The position numbers were made by a program, and so were the translations under genes. Source: Clostridia bacterium 41_269 (GTDB lineage Bacteria; Bacillota; DTU086). From it: 64,000 bases of DNA. The stretch's first letter is position 1. The number at the start of each line of letters is the position of its first letter. A model generated the notes under the pieces. That model was not told where the DNA came from. It did no database searches and saw nothing but the letters and a program-made list of their open reading frames with translations. The stretch covers positions 4,354 through 68,353 of the forward strand of contig LGEZ01000002.1 of NCBI GenBank assembly GCA_001508005.1. Direction: 5' to 3'. This document shows, piece by piece, positions 49,550 to 59,336 of the stretch.

Positions 49550-50377
49550 TTGAAAGGGAAAAGCTATTGCATATTAGGACTTTTCATCGCTTTATGTTTA
49601 GGTATTTTGGGTCTGTTCCATTTTTTAAATACAGATATTAATTACAAAAATGTACAGTCCGGCAATGTAAAAGGAGAAAGCTCTATTATTGAAGTTAAAA
49701 TTGATACTCCCTTTGATACTGTTTTCCATTTTTATAAAGCTGTGGAAGGTAATAATTGGGAGCTTGCAAGGGTGCTGGTAACACCGTCATTGTGGGAATA
49801 CTTGCAAGGAACCGGTTTTGATAAAAAGTGGGAAAATATAAAAAGGAAAGATCCCAGCTTAAGGTTTATGCTGTTTATTGTTAGAAATCATTTTTTTGAT
49901 GAGGAAAAAGGAGAAGGTTGGATGATGGGAAGGGCGGATTGGTCGTCTGATATGGGGAAGGACTATGATTTTAACAGTACCGTTTTCTTAAAAAAAATTG
50001 GTGAAACATGGAAGATAACTAAAATAATGAGCGTTTCATCAATTGAAACAGTGGATAATTTTTATAAGGCTATTAACGAGGGCAACTTTTTACGAATGCA
50101 GGAGCTGCTTACACGTAGGTATTGGATAAAACTTAAAAGCTCAGGTGTTATAGACGCATTGCAAAGGGAACAATTTGCATTTAGAAAGGGAGTTTATGTA
50201 GTTTTTTATGCTGATGACTTTGTTGAGAAAAAAAATGAAGCGTGGGTTAAGGGTGATGTGATTTGGAAACCATTAACAAAACAAGAAAAAGAAATACATG
50301 TTAATATTCATCTTATTAAAGAAAATAATGTATGGAAAATTGATAAAATTGTTGGGCATTGGAATGAGGAAAAATAA
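49550..50377 (+). CDS. Membrane-anchored protein with two tandem NTF2-like domains
   Basis: N-terminal TM helix; repeats TVFHFYKA...WKITKI and TVDNFYKA...WKIDKI. Confidence 0.7.
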   Translation: MKGKSYCILGLFIALCLGILGLFHFLNTDINYKNVQSGNVKGESSIIEVKIDTPFDTVFHFYKAVEGNNWELARVLVTPSLWEYLQGTGFDKKWENIKRKDPSLRFMLFIVRNHFFDEEKGEGWMMGRADWSSDMGKDYDFNSTVFLKKIGETWKITKIMSVSSIETVDNFYKAINEGNFLRMQELLTRRYWIKLKSSGVIDALQREQFAFRKGVYVVFYADDFVEKKNEAWVKGDVIWKPLTKQEKEIHVNIHLIKENNVWKIDKIVGHWNEEK

Positions 50378-50385
50378 AAATTTTT

Positions 50386-50757
50386 TTATTTTAATGAAAC
50401 TCCAATTATTCCTCCTAAACCTCCTGAAATTATGCATACTGCAATTTTTTTAATCGTATTTACTAAGGTTAATTGTTCAGGATGTAGGAAAGAAAATGCA
50501 GTAATTAAAACAAAAAAGGAAAGGCCCACAATCATTCCGCTTAAAAGCCCTCTAGAACCAACAGTACTTGCCCCTATTAATCCTCCTATAAATGTACTAA
50601 TTACTACCACTGCAAGAGCTGTTATTGGCAAATACAATTCGGAAATTGAAGTAAAATGGAAAATTAGTGATATAATTATTGAGAGAGTAAATGCAGTAAC
50701 AATAGCCGCAGGCAAACCTAATAATACTTTTCTAAAATTACTATTCATAAAAACCAC
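50386..50757 (-). CDS. TIGR04086-type 4-TM membrane protein
   Basis: Hydrophobic, RGLLSG..VG, GGLGGIIG. Confidence 0.75.
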   Translation of the reverse strand: MVFMNSNFRKVLLGLPAAIVTAFTLSIIISLIFHFTSISELYLPITALAVVVISTFIGGLIGASTVGSRGLLSGMIVGLSFFVLITAFSFLHPEQLTLVNTIKKIAVCIISGGLGGIIGVSLK

Positions 50758-50960
50758 TTCCTTGTAGAAATTCTAATAAAATTTATGCTTATTGCTGTGG
50801 ATTATTACTGTTCAAAGCAGTTTAAAAAGTTCCAGTAAGTTTATAATTTCAAAATTTTTTAGAATTTTTCTAAATCATTAAAGGGTTGCTGCGTTGATAT
50901 TAAAACAATAAAATTAAGTTGAAGGTACAAAAGACTAGGAGAAATTAGGGAGGTGTTATC

Positions 50961-51995
50961 TTGCCTCCAAAAATTGGCTTTCCCATGACACTTACATATT
51001 TCATGCATTTTCCACTTTGGAAAATTTTTTTTACTGAGCTGGGTTTTGAGTTTGTGACTTCGCAGCCCACAAATAAATTAATACTAAATAATGGTATCAA
51101 AGAAGCTGTTACTGATGCGTGCATTCCTATAAAATTATTCCACGGACATGTTATGGCATTAAAAAGCAAAGTAGATTACATTTTTATACCTCGCATGGTG
51201 AATATTGATAAAGAAAAACATATAACATTCTGCCCTAAATTTTTAGGACTACCTGACATGATTAGGGCTTCCATTTCCAACCTTCCGCCGATACTGGAAA
51301 TAAGTTTGGATAAAAAAAATAAGGGAAAGCTCTTTTTATATAAAGCCTGCAGACTTTTAGGAAGGCAGCTTGGAAAACCTTTTAATAAGGTTTTAAAAGC
51401 TTATTTAAAAGCAGTAAAGTTTCAAAAAAAATTTGAAAATTTTTTAGTTTCTAAAAAAATCACTCCCATTGAAGCTTTTGATTACCTTTTTAAAGATAAA
51501 AATAGGGTAAATAATACCAAATATAATAGAAAACAAACAGATAGAGAAATAAATAAAGCTACCAGTTTAGAAAATAATCTGAATATAGCTGTGGTTGGTT
51601 ACCCGTATCAAATTTATGATTCTTATATTAGTGCTGATATCATTAATTTTCTTAAAAAGAACAATGTTCGTGTTTGGACTATGGAAATGGTTCCATATTC
51701 AATACTGAAACGGTATTCCAACCGACTTTCAAAAAAACTTTTTTGGCACTTCAGTAATAAAGTGGTTTGGGCGAGCTATCATTACATTGATCAGCCTTAT
51801 ATAGATGGTTTGATCCATGTTTCGGCTTTTGGCTGCGGACCGGATGCTATGGTAGGTAAGCTTGTTGAGTTGGAATGTAAGTATAGAAATTTTCCATTTT
51901 TAAATATAACCGTTGATGAGCATACAGGTGATGCCGGTATAAAAACCCGTATAGAAGCATTTATTGATATGTTGAGATATCGGAGGACAGCTTGA
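50961..51995 (+). CDS. Acyl-CoA dehydratase activase-related protein (DUF2229)
   Basis: DACIPIK..HGH, CPKFLGLPD, FGCGPD, DEHTG.AG..TRIEAF. Confidence 0.82.
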   Translation: MPPKIGFPMTLTYFMHFPLWKIFFTELGFEFVTSQPTNKLILNNGIKEAVTDACIPIKLFHGHVMALKSKVDYIFIPRMVNIDKEKHITFCPKFLGLPDMIRASISNLPPILEISLDKKNKGKLFLYKACRLLGRQLGKPFNKVLKAYLKAVKFQKKFENFLVSKKITPIEAFDYLFKDKNRVNNTKYNRKQTDREINKATSLENNLNIAVVGYPYQIYDSYISADIINFLKKNNVRVWTMEMVPYSILKRYSNRLSKKLFWHFSNKVVWASYHYIDQPYIDGLIHVSAFGCGPDAMVGKLVELECKYRNFPFLNITVDEHTGDAGIKTRIEAFIDMLRYRRTA

Positions 51996-53095
51996 TGAAA
52001 GTTTCTTTTCCTCATATGGGAATTTCATATATTGGTTTTAAGCATCTGCTGGAAGAATTAGGCTATGAAGTCATTGTACCTCCAAATCCTACCAATAAGA
52101 CGTTAACATATGGGGTAAAATATGCCCCTGAATTTGCCTGCATGCCTTTTAAGATACTTTTAGGGAGTTATATAGAAGTTTTGGAAAAAGGAGCAGAAAT
52201 TTTGGTTTCATCTGGTGGAATAGGTCCGTGCAGAGCAGGTCTTTATGGCCTTGTGCATGAAAAAATTCTTAAGGATCTTGGTTATGATTTTGTTATGATA
52301 ATTTTGGATCCTCCTTTCCATAATATTAGAGATTTTACAAGGAGGGTATTGGCATTAAAGCAAAAAGGCATTCGTTGGAATAGATTTCTTTATGAAGTAA
52401 AAAATGCGTGGCTGAAATTAAAGCTTCTAGATAAATTAGAACAAACTGCAAACGAAATCAGGGCAAGGGAATTGAAAAAGGGTCAAACTACAGAAGTTTT
52501 CAGTGAAGCTCTTAAAATGATTGATGAAGCGAGGAGCCGTAAAGAAATTTTAATGGTACAAAAAGAAGCTATAGATATACTTAAATCAGTTCCCCAAGAT
52601 TATACAAAACAACCTCTTAAAGTGGGAATAATTGGAGAAATTTATGTTGTGCTTGAGCCCTATGTAAATTTTGATATTGAGCGATTTTTGGGTGAAATGG
52701 GTGTATATGTAAATCGGTCAATTTATTTGACTGATTATGTACGGTATACAGTGTGGGATAAGAAAGGCGAAGCCCATATCAAAAAAGCTGCAGAACCGTA
52801 TTTGAAGCAAATGATTAGGGGACATGGAATTCAAAGTGTAGGAGAAACAGTTCTTTATGCACTTAATGGGTATGATGGAGTAATTCAGTTGGCTCCCTTT
52901 ACATGCATACCGGAAATTGTGGCGAAAAGCATTATAGGGAAGGTAAGTAAAGATCTAGACATTCCTGTTTTAACAATTAATATAGATGAGCAGACCGGAC
53001 AGGCAGGGGTTCAGACACGTTTAGAGGCATTTATTGATTTGTTAAAACAAAGAAAATATTTAGGGGAGCAAGAAGGGAAAAGGAAGATTGTATGA
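51992..53095 (+). CDS. CoA-protein activase-associated / 2-hydroxyacyl-CoA dehydratase-like protein
   Basis: FPHMG, APEFACMPFK, GPCRAG.Y, PFTCIPE, DEQTG.AG..TRLEAF. Confidence 0.82.
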   Translation: MMKVSFPHMGISYIGFKHLLEELGYEVIVPPNPTNKTLTYGVKYAPEFACMPFKILLGSYIEVLEKGAEILVSSGGIGPCRAGLYGLVHEKILKDLGYDFVMIILDPPFHNIRDFTRRVLALKQKGIRWNRFLYEVKNAWLKLKLLDKLEQTANEIRARELKKGQTTEVFSEALKMIDEARSRKEILMVQKEAIDILKSVPQDYTKQPLKVGIIGEIYVVLEPYVNFDIERFLGEMGVYVNRSIYLTDYVRYTVWDKKGEAHIKKAAEPYLKQMIRGHGIQSVGETVLYALNGYDGVIQLAPFTCIPEIVAKSIIGKVSKDLDIPVLTINIDEQTGQAGVQTRLEAFIDLLKQRKYLGEQEGKRKIV

Positions 53096-54075
53096 AGACA
53101 TACCTTGGGATTGATGTGGGTTCAGTAAGTACGGATTTGGTTTTAATAGATGAGAATAATAATGTATTATCAAAGGTTTATATAAGGACCAGCGGGCAGC
53201 CCATAAAAGCTGTGCAAAAGGGGCTAAAGCTTCTTGCTGAAAGCGTTGATCTTGACTGCATAGAAGTTGCTGGTGTAGGAACTACTGGAAGTGCCCGTTA
53301 TTTAAGTGCTGTTATTGTAGGTGCAGATGTAATAAAAAATGAAATAACAGCACATGCTGTTGCAGCATCAGCTTTAGTTCCAGATGTTAAAACAATTATT
53401 GAAATAGGAGGACAAGATTCAAAACTTATTATTTTAAGAAATGGGATTGTAGTGGATTTTGCTATGAATACTATTTGTGCTGCAGGTACAGGCTCTTTTC
53501 TTGATCAGCAGGCTGCCCGACTTAATATTCCCATTGAAGAGTTTGGTTCGTATGCGCTTCGATCAAAAAACCCCGTTAGAATTGCGGGCAGATGTTCCGT
53601 TTTTGCAGAAACAGATATGATACATAAGCAGCAGATGGGGCATAAAATAGAAGACCTAATAGCGGGTTTGTGTAATGCTTTGGTAAGAAACTATCTTAAT
53701 AATGTAGGAAAGGGTAAGGAAATTTTACCTCCTGTTGTTTTTCAAGGGGGAGTTGCGGCTAATATTGGGATAAAAAAGGCTTTTGAAGAAGAGTTAGGGA
53801 TGGAAATTATTGTACCTGAACACCATGCAATAATGGGTGCAATTGGAGCGGCAATAATTGCGAAAAATGAATGTCGAACCGGTAAAACTAATTTTAAGGG
53901 CTTTTCTGTTAGTGATTTGAGTTTTTCAGTTTCAAGCTTTGAATGTAAGGATTGTCCTAATTTATGTGAAGTTATTAACATAGTGATGGAAAATGTCCTT
54001 TTATGCAGATGGGGCGGCAGGTGTGGAAAATGGGAAAATATGGAGCACGAGATGCAAAAAGTTCAAAAACTTTGA
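53092..54075 (+). CDS. HgdC/BadF-type [4Fe-4S] ATP-dependent activator
   Basis: GIDVGSVST, EIGGQDSK, MNTICAAGTGSFL, RCSVFAE, FECKDCPNLC. Confidence 0.9.
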   Translation: MKTYLGIDVGSVSTDLVLIDENNNVLSKVYIRTSGQPIKAVQKGLKLLAESVDLDCIEVAGVGTTGSARYLSAVIVGADVIKNEITAHAVAASALVPDVKTIIEIGGQDSKLIILRNGIVVDFAMNTICAAGTGSFLDQQAARLNIPIEEFGSYALRSKNPVRIAGRCSVFAETDMIHKQQMGHKIEDLIAGLCNALVRNYLNNVGKGKEILPPVVFQGGVAANIGIKKAFEEELGMEIIVPEHHAIMGAIGAAIIAKNECRTGKTNFKGFSVSDLSFSVSSFECKDCPNLCEVINIVMENVLLCRWGGRCGKWENMEHEMQKVQKL

Positions 54076-54130
54076 TAAAGAAAAATTAAGGTTTAAGTGT
54101 AAAATAAGACTTGAAAGGTGATGTTAAATA

Positions 54131-54562
54131 TTGGTAATGAATTTTGATGCGATTTGCAGCAAGCTAAAAAATGAAAATTATAAAATTACTCCCCAAAGGG
54201 AGATTATTATTCATATATTGCTGAATAACGAGGATAAACATTTAAGCGCTGAAGAAATATATGATATGGCAAAAAAAATAAATCCTGATGTAGGAATGAC
54301 TACTATATATCGTACTTTAGATTTATTAGTGGAATTAGGAGTTTTACAAAAATTAGAATTTGGTGATGGTAGAACGCGCTATGAATTAAATAATGAAGAC
54401 ATGCATCACCATCATCATTTAATATGCCTCAAATGCGGAGAGGTTCAGGAGTTTGAACAAGATTTATTAGAAGCATTAGAAGAAAAAATATTAGAAAAAA
54501 AAGATTTTTTAATAGTTGATCATAAGCTTAAATTTTACGGCATATGCAGAAAATGCAGATAA
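54131..54562 (+). CDS. fur: Fur family regulator
   Basis: KITPQR, TIYRTL, HHHHLICLKC, CRKC. Confidence 0.93.
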   Translation: MVMNFDAICSKLKNENYKITPQREIIIHILLNNEDKHLSAEEIYDMAKKINPDVGMTTIYRTLDLLVELGVLQKLEFGDGRTRYELNNEDMHHHHHLICLKCGEVQEFEQDLLEALEEKILEKKDFLIVDHKLKFYGICRKCR

Positions 54563-54574
54563 TTTTTTAACTCT

Positions 54575-54605
54575 AACCCGTATTCTTTTGGAATACGGGT
54601 TTTTT
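54575..54605 (+). terminator. Terminator after fur
   Basis: AACCCGTATTC/GAATACGGGTT plus T-run. Confidence 0.85.
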
Positions 54606-54631
54606 GTAGATAATTGTTGGAAAAAATTTGA

Positions 54632-54656
54632 AGGATCTGCATTTCAGCAAAAGAAT
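54632..54656 (+). promoter_or_regulatory. Putative sigma-H promoter
   Basis: AGGA-N17-GAAT upstream of the TPR gene. Confidence 0.55.
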
Positions 54657-54686
54657 TTATATCTCAAAAAAAAGAGGTGTTTTATT

Positions 54687-55385
54687 ATGAAAAGCAATCA
54701 GTTTGTTTTTTCATTGAATTCTTTTGAAACTAACAATTTTATGGATTGTATAAAAAGAAAAATAAAATGTATTTTTGTTAAGTATTATTTCAAAAGGGGA
54801 CTTCTGATGAAGGATAAGGGGGATCTTTTTGGTGCTTTGTATTTTTTTAAGCAGGTAATTAAAATAGATCCCAGAAATATAAATGCGTTAAATAATCTCG
54901 GGGTATGCTGTGCTGAAATGGGAATGTATAAAGAATCCTTAAATTATTTGGGTAGAGCCTGTGCGATAAAATTCGATGTAGATATAATAATTAATATGAT
55001 AGTTAGTTCAGTAAAAGCAGGCAAAAAATCAGTTGCCAATTACTGTTGTAATAAACTTGAAAAACATATAAATAAACTGGATGCCTGTACTTTGTTTAAT
55101 TTAGCAGAGTTAATGGTTCACGGAAAAAATTATGAAAGAGCGTTATATTACTATGACCTTTGCATAAAACGCGATCAAACCTTTAAAATAAAAGCAACTC
55201 ATAAAAAAGGAATTTGTTATGTTAAGCTGGGCAGAATTAATGATGCTCAAACCTGTGTCGAAATCCTTTTTAATGAAGAACAAGGGAAAAAATTGGGATG
55301 GGAGCTTAAAGGATTTATTTTTGATCATCTGAACTTTTATGCAGAAGCGGTGGATTGTTATAATAAAGCATATGGATTTGAATAA
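54687..55385 (+). CDS. TPR-repeat protein
   Basis: ALNNLGV, A..Y...I TPR patterns; ATG behind GAGGTG. Confidence 0.8.
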   Translation: MKSNQFVFSLNSFETNNFMDCIKRKIKCIFVKYYFKRGLLMKDKGDLFGALYFFKQVIKIDPRNINALNNLGVCCAEMGMYKESLNYLGRACAIKFDVDIIINMIVSSVKAGKKSVANYCCNKLEKHINKLDACTLFNLAELMVHGKNYERALYYYDLCIKRDQTFKIKATHKKGICYVKLGRINDAQTCVEILFNEEQGKKLGWELKGFIFDHLNFYAEAVDCYNKAYGFE

Positions 55386-55452
55386 AAAGGAAACCGAAGA
55401 TTTTTATCGAAGCATATTTTTATTTAAATATATTTTGGAGGTAAAAGAAAAG

Positions 55453-56016
55453 TTGGATGTAAAGAAAATAGAAGAAGGCGTTAAATTAATTTTACAGGGT
55501 TTGGGAACTGAGGTGGAAATAGGACAGGAAGTTATGGAAAATACTCCTAAAAGAGTAGCACAAATGTATGCAGAAATTTTTGGAGGACTTAAGGAAAAAC
55601 CAGAGGAACTTTTAGAAGTTTTTACAGAAGAACATGAAGAAATGGTTTTAATCAAAGATATACCTCTATATTCCATGTGTGAGCATCATCTCCTTCCATT
55701 TTATGGATTAGCCCATGTTGCTTATATTCCTTCCAAGCATAAGGTTACAGGGCTGAGCAAATTAGCGCGGGTTGTAGACAGTTTTTGTAAAAGGCCGCAA
55801 ATTCAAGAAAGATTAACGAGGCAGATAGCTGATACTATTATGAAAGTTTTGACGCCTCAAGGGGTTTTAGTGGTTATTGAAGCTGAACATATGTGCATGA
55901 CAATGAGGGGCATTAAAAAACCAGGTTCAAAGACAGTAACTTCTGCAGTTAGGGGAATTTTCAGAACTAACCCAGCTACGAGAGCAGAAGCCTTTTCATT
56001 AATCAATTCCAGATAA
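55453..56016 (+). CDS. folE: GTP cyclohydrolase I
   Basis: [38 protein letters not shown]. Confidence 0.96.
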   Translation: MDVKKIEEGVKLILQGLGTEVEIGQEVMENTPKRVAQMYAEIFGGLKEKPEELLEVFTEEHEEMVLIKDIPLYSMCEHHLLPFYGLAHVAYIPSKHKVTGLSKLARVVDSFCKRPQIQERLTRQIADTIMKVLTPQGVLVVIEAEHMCMTMRGIKKPGSKTVTSAVRGIFRTNPATRAEAFSLINSR

Positions 56017-56094
56017 ATTTTTATAAAATAAAATTAGTCTAGGATTAGAAATTAAAAAGAAGCGGAATTTGTTTTTTAGTAGGGAGAGTGCTTT

Positions 56095-56619
56095 ATGAGA
56101 CAATTTGGCAAAGCGATTAAAGAAGTTGTTACCACAGTACTTTTAGCTTTTATATTAGCATTATTAATTAGAAATTATATTGTTGATGCTAGAGTTATAC
56201 CATCAGGTTCTATGCTGCCTACTATACAGCAGAGTGACAGGATTTTGGTAAATAAACTGGCATATAGTTTCAAAGAGCCTCAAAGAGGAGATATCATTGT
56301 TTTTGAAGCTCCAGTAAATGTTGGAGATAACCAGGATTTCATTAAAAGAGTTATTGCACTTCCTGGAGAAACAGTGGAAATAAAAAATGGCAAGGTTTTT
56401 ATAAATGGTAAACCCCTTGAGGAAGATTATATTTTAGAGGCTCCTAATTATAATTTTGGTCCTGTTAAAGTTCCTGAAGGATGCTTATTTGTTTTAGGCG
56501 ATAACCGTAATTCCAGCTATGACAGCCATCTTTGGAATGTCTGGCTGAGAATTGATAAAGTAAAAGGAAAGGCTTTTTTGCGTTATTGGCCTCCAAATAG
56601 AATAGGATTTATTGATTAG
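56095..56619 (+). CDS. lepB: Signal peptidase I
   Basis: SGSMLPT, IKRVIALPGE, GDNRNSS.DS. Confidence 0.95.
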   Translation: MRQFGKAIKEVVTTVLLAFILALLIRNYIVDARVIPSGSMLPTIQQSDRILVNKLAYSFKEPQRGDIIVFEAPVNVGDNQDFIKRVIALPGETVEIKNGKVFINGKPLEEDYILEAPNYNFGPVKVPEGCLFVLGDNRNSSYDSHLWNVWLRIDKVKGKAFLRYWPPNRIGFID

Positions 56620-56679
56620 ATAAACTTAAATTTTTATTAGTTAGTTATTTTATAATCAAGATATTTTTGGGGGTAAAAG

Positions 56680-57444
56680 ATGAAAATATTAATTACCAAT
56701 GATGATGGAATTCAAGCGCAGGGGTTAATCACTTTATATAAATACCTTTCAGAATTTGGAACAGTTAATGTTGTTGCTCCTGAAAGGGAAAGAAGTGCTA
56801 TTGGTCATGGAATTACCATGCATAAACCTTTGAGGGTTTATGAGTATCCCATTGGAGATACAAAAAAAACTGGATATGCAGTATCAGGAACACCAGCTGA
56901 CTGTGTGAAACTTGCCCTTGAGGCTCTTTTACCTGAACCCCCTGACATTATAATCTCAGGTATAAATTGGGGAGCTAATTTGGGAACTGATGTACTTTAT
57001 TCAGGAACGGTTTCTGCGGCTATAGAAGGAACAATAAATGGTATAAAATCAATGGCAGTTTCTTTAGATGATAGAAGAAAAATTCCTGATTTTAGTGTTG
57101 CAGCGAAATTTGTTAATGAATTTTTAAAGATATACATCAAGCATGATATGCCATCTGATACTCTGCTTAATATAAATATTCCAGATGTTCCTTGGAATGA
57201 AATAAAAGGTGTAAAAATAACAAAATTGGGAAGAAGAAGGTATATAGATACGGTTGAGAGGAGAAAAGATCCTAGAGGAAGAGAATACTTCTGGCTTGCG
57301 GGCCGGGTAAATGATCATGATATGGACCCAGAAACCGATACTTATGCTATCAAAGAAAACTATATCAGTATTTGTCCAGTACATTTTGATCTAACTAATT
57401 ATGAAGCTATTAAAGAAATAAAAACCTGGTGCATTATAAAATAA
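56680..57444 (+). CDS. surE: 5'/3'-nucleotidase
   Basis: ILITNDDG, GTPADCV, SGIN.G.N, YSGTV.AA. Confidence 0.96.
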   Translation: MKILITNDDGIQAQGLITLYKYLSEFGTVNVVAPERERSAIGHGITMHKPLRVYEYPIGDTKKTGYAVSGTPADCVKLALEALLPEPPDIIISGINWGANLGTDVLYSGTVSAAIEGTINGIKSMAVSLDDRRKIPDFSVAAKFVNEFLKIYIKHDMPSDTLLNINIPDVPWNEIKGVKITKLGRRRYIDTVERRKDPRGREYFWLAGRVNDHDMDPETDTYAIKENYISICPVHFDLTNYEAIKEIKTWCIIK

Positions 57445-59035
57445 ATAATTTAATTATAAAAGATCCTAAACCAGGAATTTTTGATATATCTTCCCTTGTA
57501 ATCATACCGGAGAGGAATAAATATACCACATATATGCTGAATCCCAATGTAGCGGAGATGGTTATTGCAAAAATGCTGCTGCTGGTTAGGTTCCAAATCA
57601 ATATATAAATTATATATGTTGATATTCCCATCACTGCAAAACCCAACATGGGTAATATGCAGAGGTTATAAAAGCTAAAAGTGATTTTTAGATAACTGCA
57701 GATAGAAATAACATTTAATAATGCTGTTGTTATCCAACCTATATTCATAGAAACAGCTGCTCCAATTATTCCATATATTGGTTGTGAAGTTAGATAATAT
57801 GAAAATAGTAAAGTTAATGCTGTTCCCAATAAAGAGTTATACAAGTAAGTTTTCACTTTACCGAGACCCTGTAAAATACCACTTGTTGTCTGTCCAATAT
57901 ATAAAAAGATACTTCCCACAGCCATTACTTTCAGCAGTTTTCCTGCTTGAGGAATGCCAAAAGTTATGCTGCACACTTCTGCAGGAAATAGAAGGAAAAG
58001 AAGAGCTGCTGGAAAACCTGCGATCAAAGTAGTTTGTATGGCTTTATAGCATCTATCCTGCAACAATCTGTGGTTTTTAAGAGCTGCTGCTTCAGATATT
58101 GCCGGTAAAAGAGTTGTTGCTAAAGAAAAGGTAAAAATAGATGGCATGCTGAGTAGTACCATTGCTATTCCGGAAAATTGGCCGTAAAGTTCTGCTGATT
58201 GTCTGAAGGTAAAACCAGCTTCCTGAAGCTTTTGAGGTATTAGTATAGCTAATAAAGCGGCTAAAATGCTGTTTGATAGTCTAGTAATGATGATAGGAAT
58301 GGAAAAAGAAAAAATTTTTTTTAATATTGTTAGAGTGCTAATTTTTATGCTGTTTACGATATTATTACTTTGTTCTTTAGGGCCCTTTGTATATACATAT
58401 ACCATCATTAAAAAAATCAGGCCGGTAAATTCACCAATAACACTTCCTGCGGCAAGACCAGCTGCCCCAAATTCTATTCCATAAATAAGAAATTTTTTTG
58501 CAAAATATATACCACTTAAAACACGTACGATTTGTTCTAAAATTTGACTTAAAGCAGGAGGCAGCATGTGCATAAGCCCATGAAAATATCCTCTAAACGC
58601 AGAAGAAATGGAAATAATGAAGATTGCAGGAATTAAAGTAATTAAGCACCAATAAACTCTGGGATCTGAAAAAGCAGTTCTCACTAAAAAAGGAGTAAGT
58701 AAAAAAAGCAGTATAGTAAATATTAAGCCAGTAATTAAAAGGAATACCAGAGCTACATAAAAAATTTTTTTGGCTTGTTTGTAATTGCCCAATGTGACTT
58801 GTTCTGAAACCAATTTTGATATAGCAGGAGGGATACCTGCAGTAGTAATTACTAATGCCAATGTGTAAATTGGAAAAACCATTTCGAATAAACCGATGCC
58901 CTCTGGTCCCACAGTTCTTACAAAAAAAATACGATACATAAATCCTAAAATTCTATTTATGAAACCCGCAAATATTAAAATTACTGCACTTCTGACAAGG
59001 GATAGTTTGGGATGCAAGTTAAAAACAACCTCCAC
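57434..59035 (-). CDS. spoVB: Stage V sporulation protein B (MurJ-like MOP flippase)
   Basis: RILGF.YRI, EGIGLF, GIPPAISKLV, EQIVR, GILQGLG. Confidence 0.85.
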   Translation of the reverse strand: MEVVFNLHPKLSLVRSAVILIFAGFINRILGFMYRIFFVRTVGPEGIGLFEMVFPIYTLALVITTAGIPPAISKLVSEQVTLGNYKQAKKIFYVALVFLLITGLIFTILLFLLTPFLVRTAFSDPRVYWCLITLIPAIFIISISSAFRGYFHGLMHMLPPALSQILEQIVRVLSGIYFAKKFLIYGIEFGAAGLAAGSVIGEFTGLIFLMMVYVYTKGPKEQSNNIVNSIKISTLTILKKIFSFSIPIIITRLSNSILAALLAILIPQKLQEAGFTFRQSAELYGQFSGIAMVLLSMPSIFTFSLATTLLPAISEAAALKNHRLLQDRCYKAIQTTLIAGFPAALLFLLFPAEVCSITFGIPQAGKLLKVMAVGSIFLYIGQTTSGILQGLGKVKTYLYNSLLGTALTLLFSYYLTSQPIYGIIGAAVSMNIGWITTALLNVISICSYLKITFSFYNLCILPMLGFAVMGISTYIIYILIWNLTSSSIFAITISATLGFSIYVVYLFLSGMITREDISKIPGLGSFIIKLFIL

Positions 59036-59336
59036 CCATGTACACTTATGAAATTTTATGCATTTTTGCCATGATTTATAGCTAAGTTTTTTTACTTTTT
59101 GTAAAAAAGGAATTAAAGCAAATTAAAGCATATTTGCAAGATTAATGGGTATTAATAACAAGGAAGAATTTACAAGTATGAAAAGATTTTTGTTATGATA
59201 AAAAATAATCTTTTAACTTAAAAGGATTTTGTTGACACAGCAACTAATAGTATATTGGATGCTCATTTTTTACAATTAATGTTCTAAAAGTTTAATGAAA
59301 ACCAAGTGTAATATTAATAGTTAAAGGAGGAGACTT

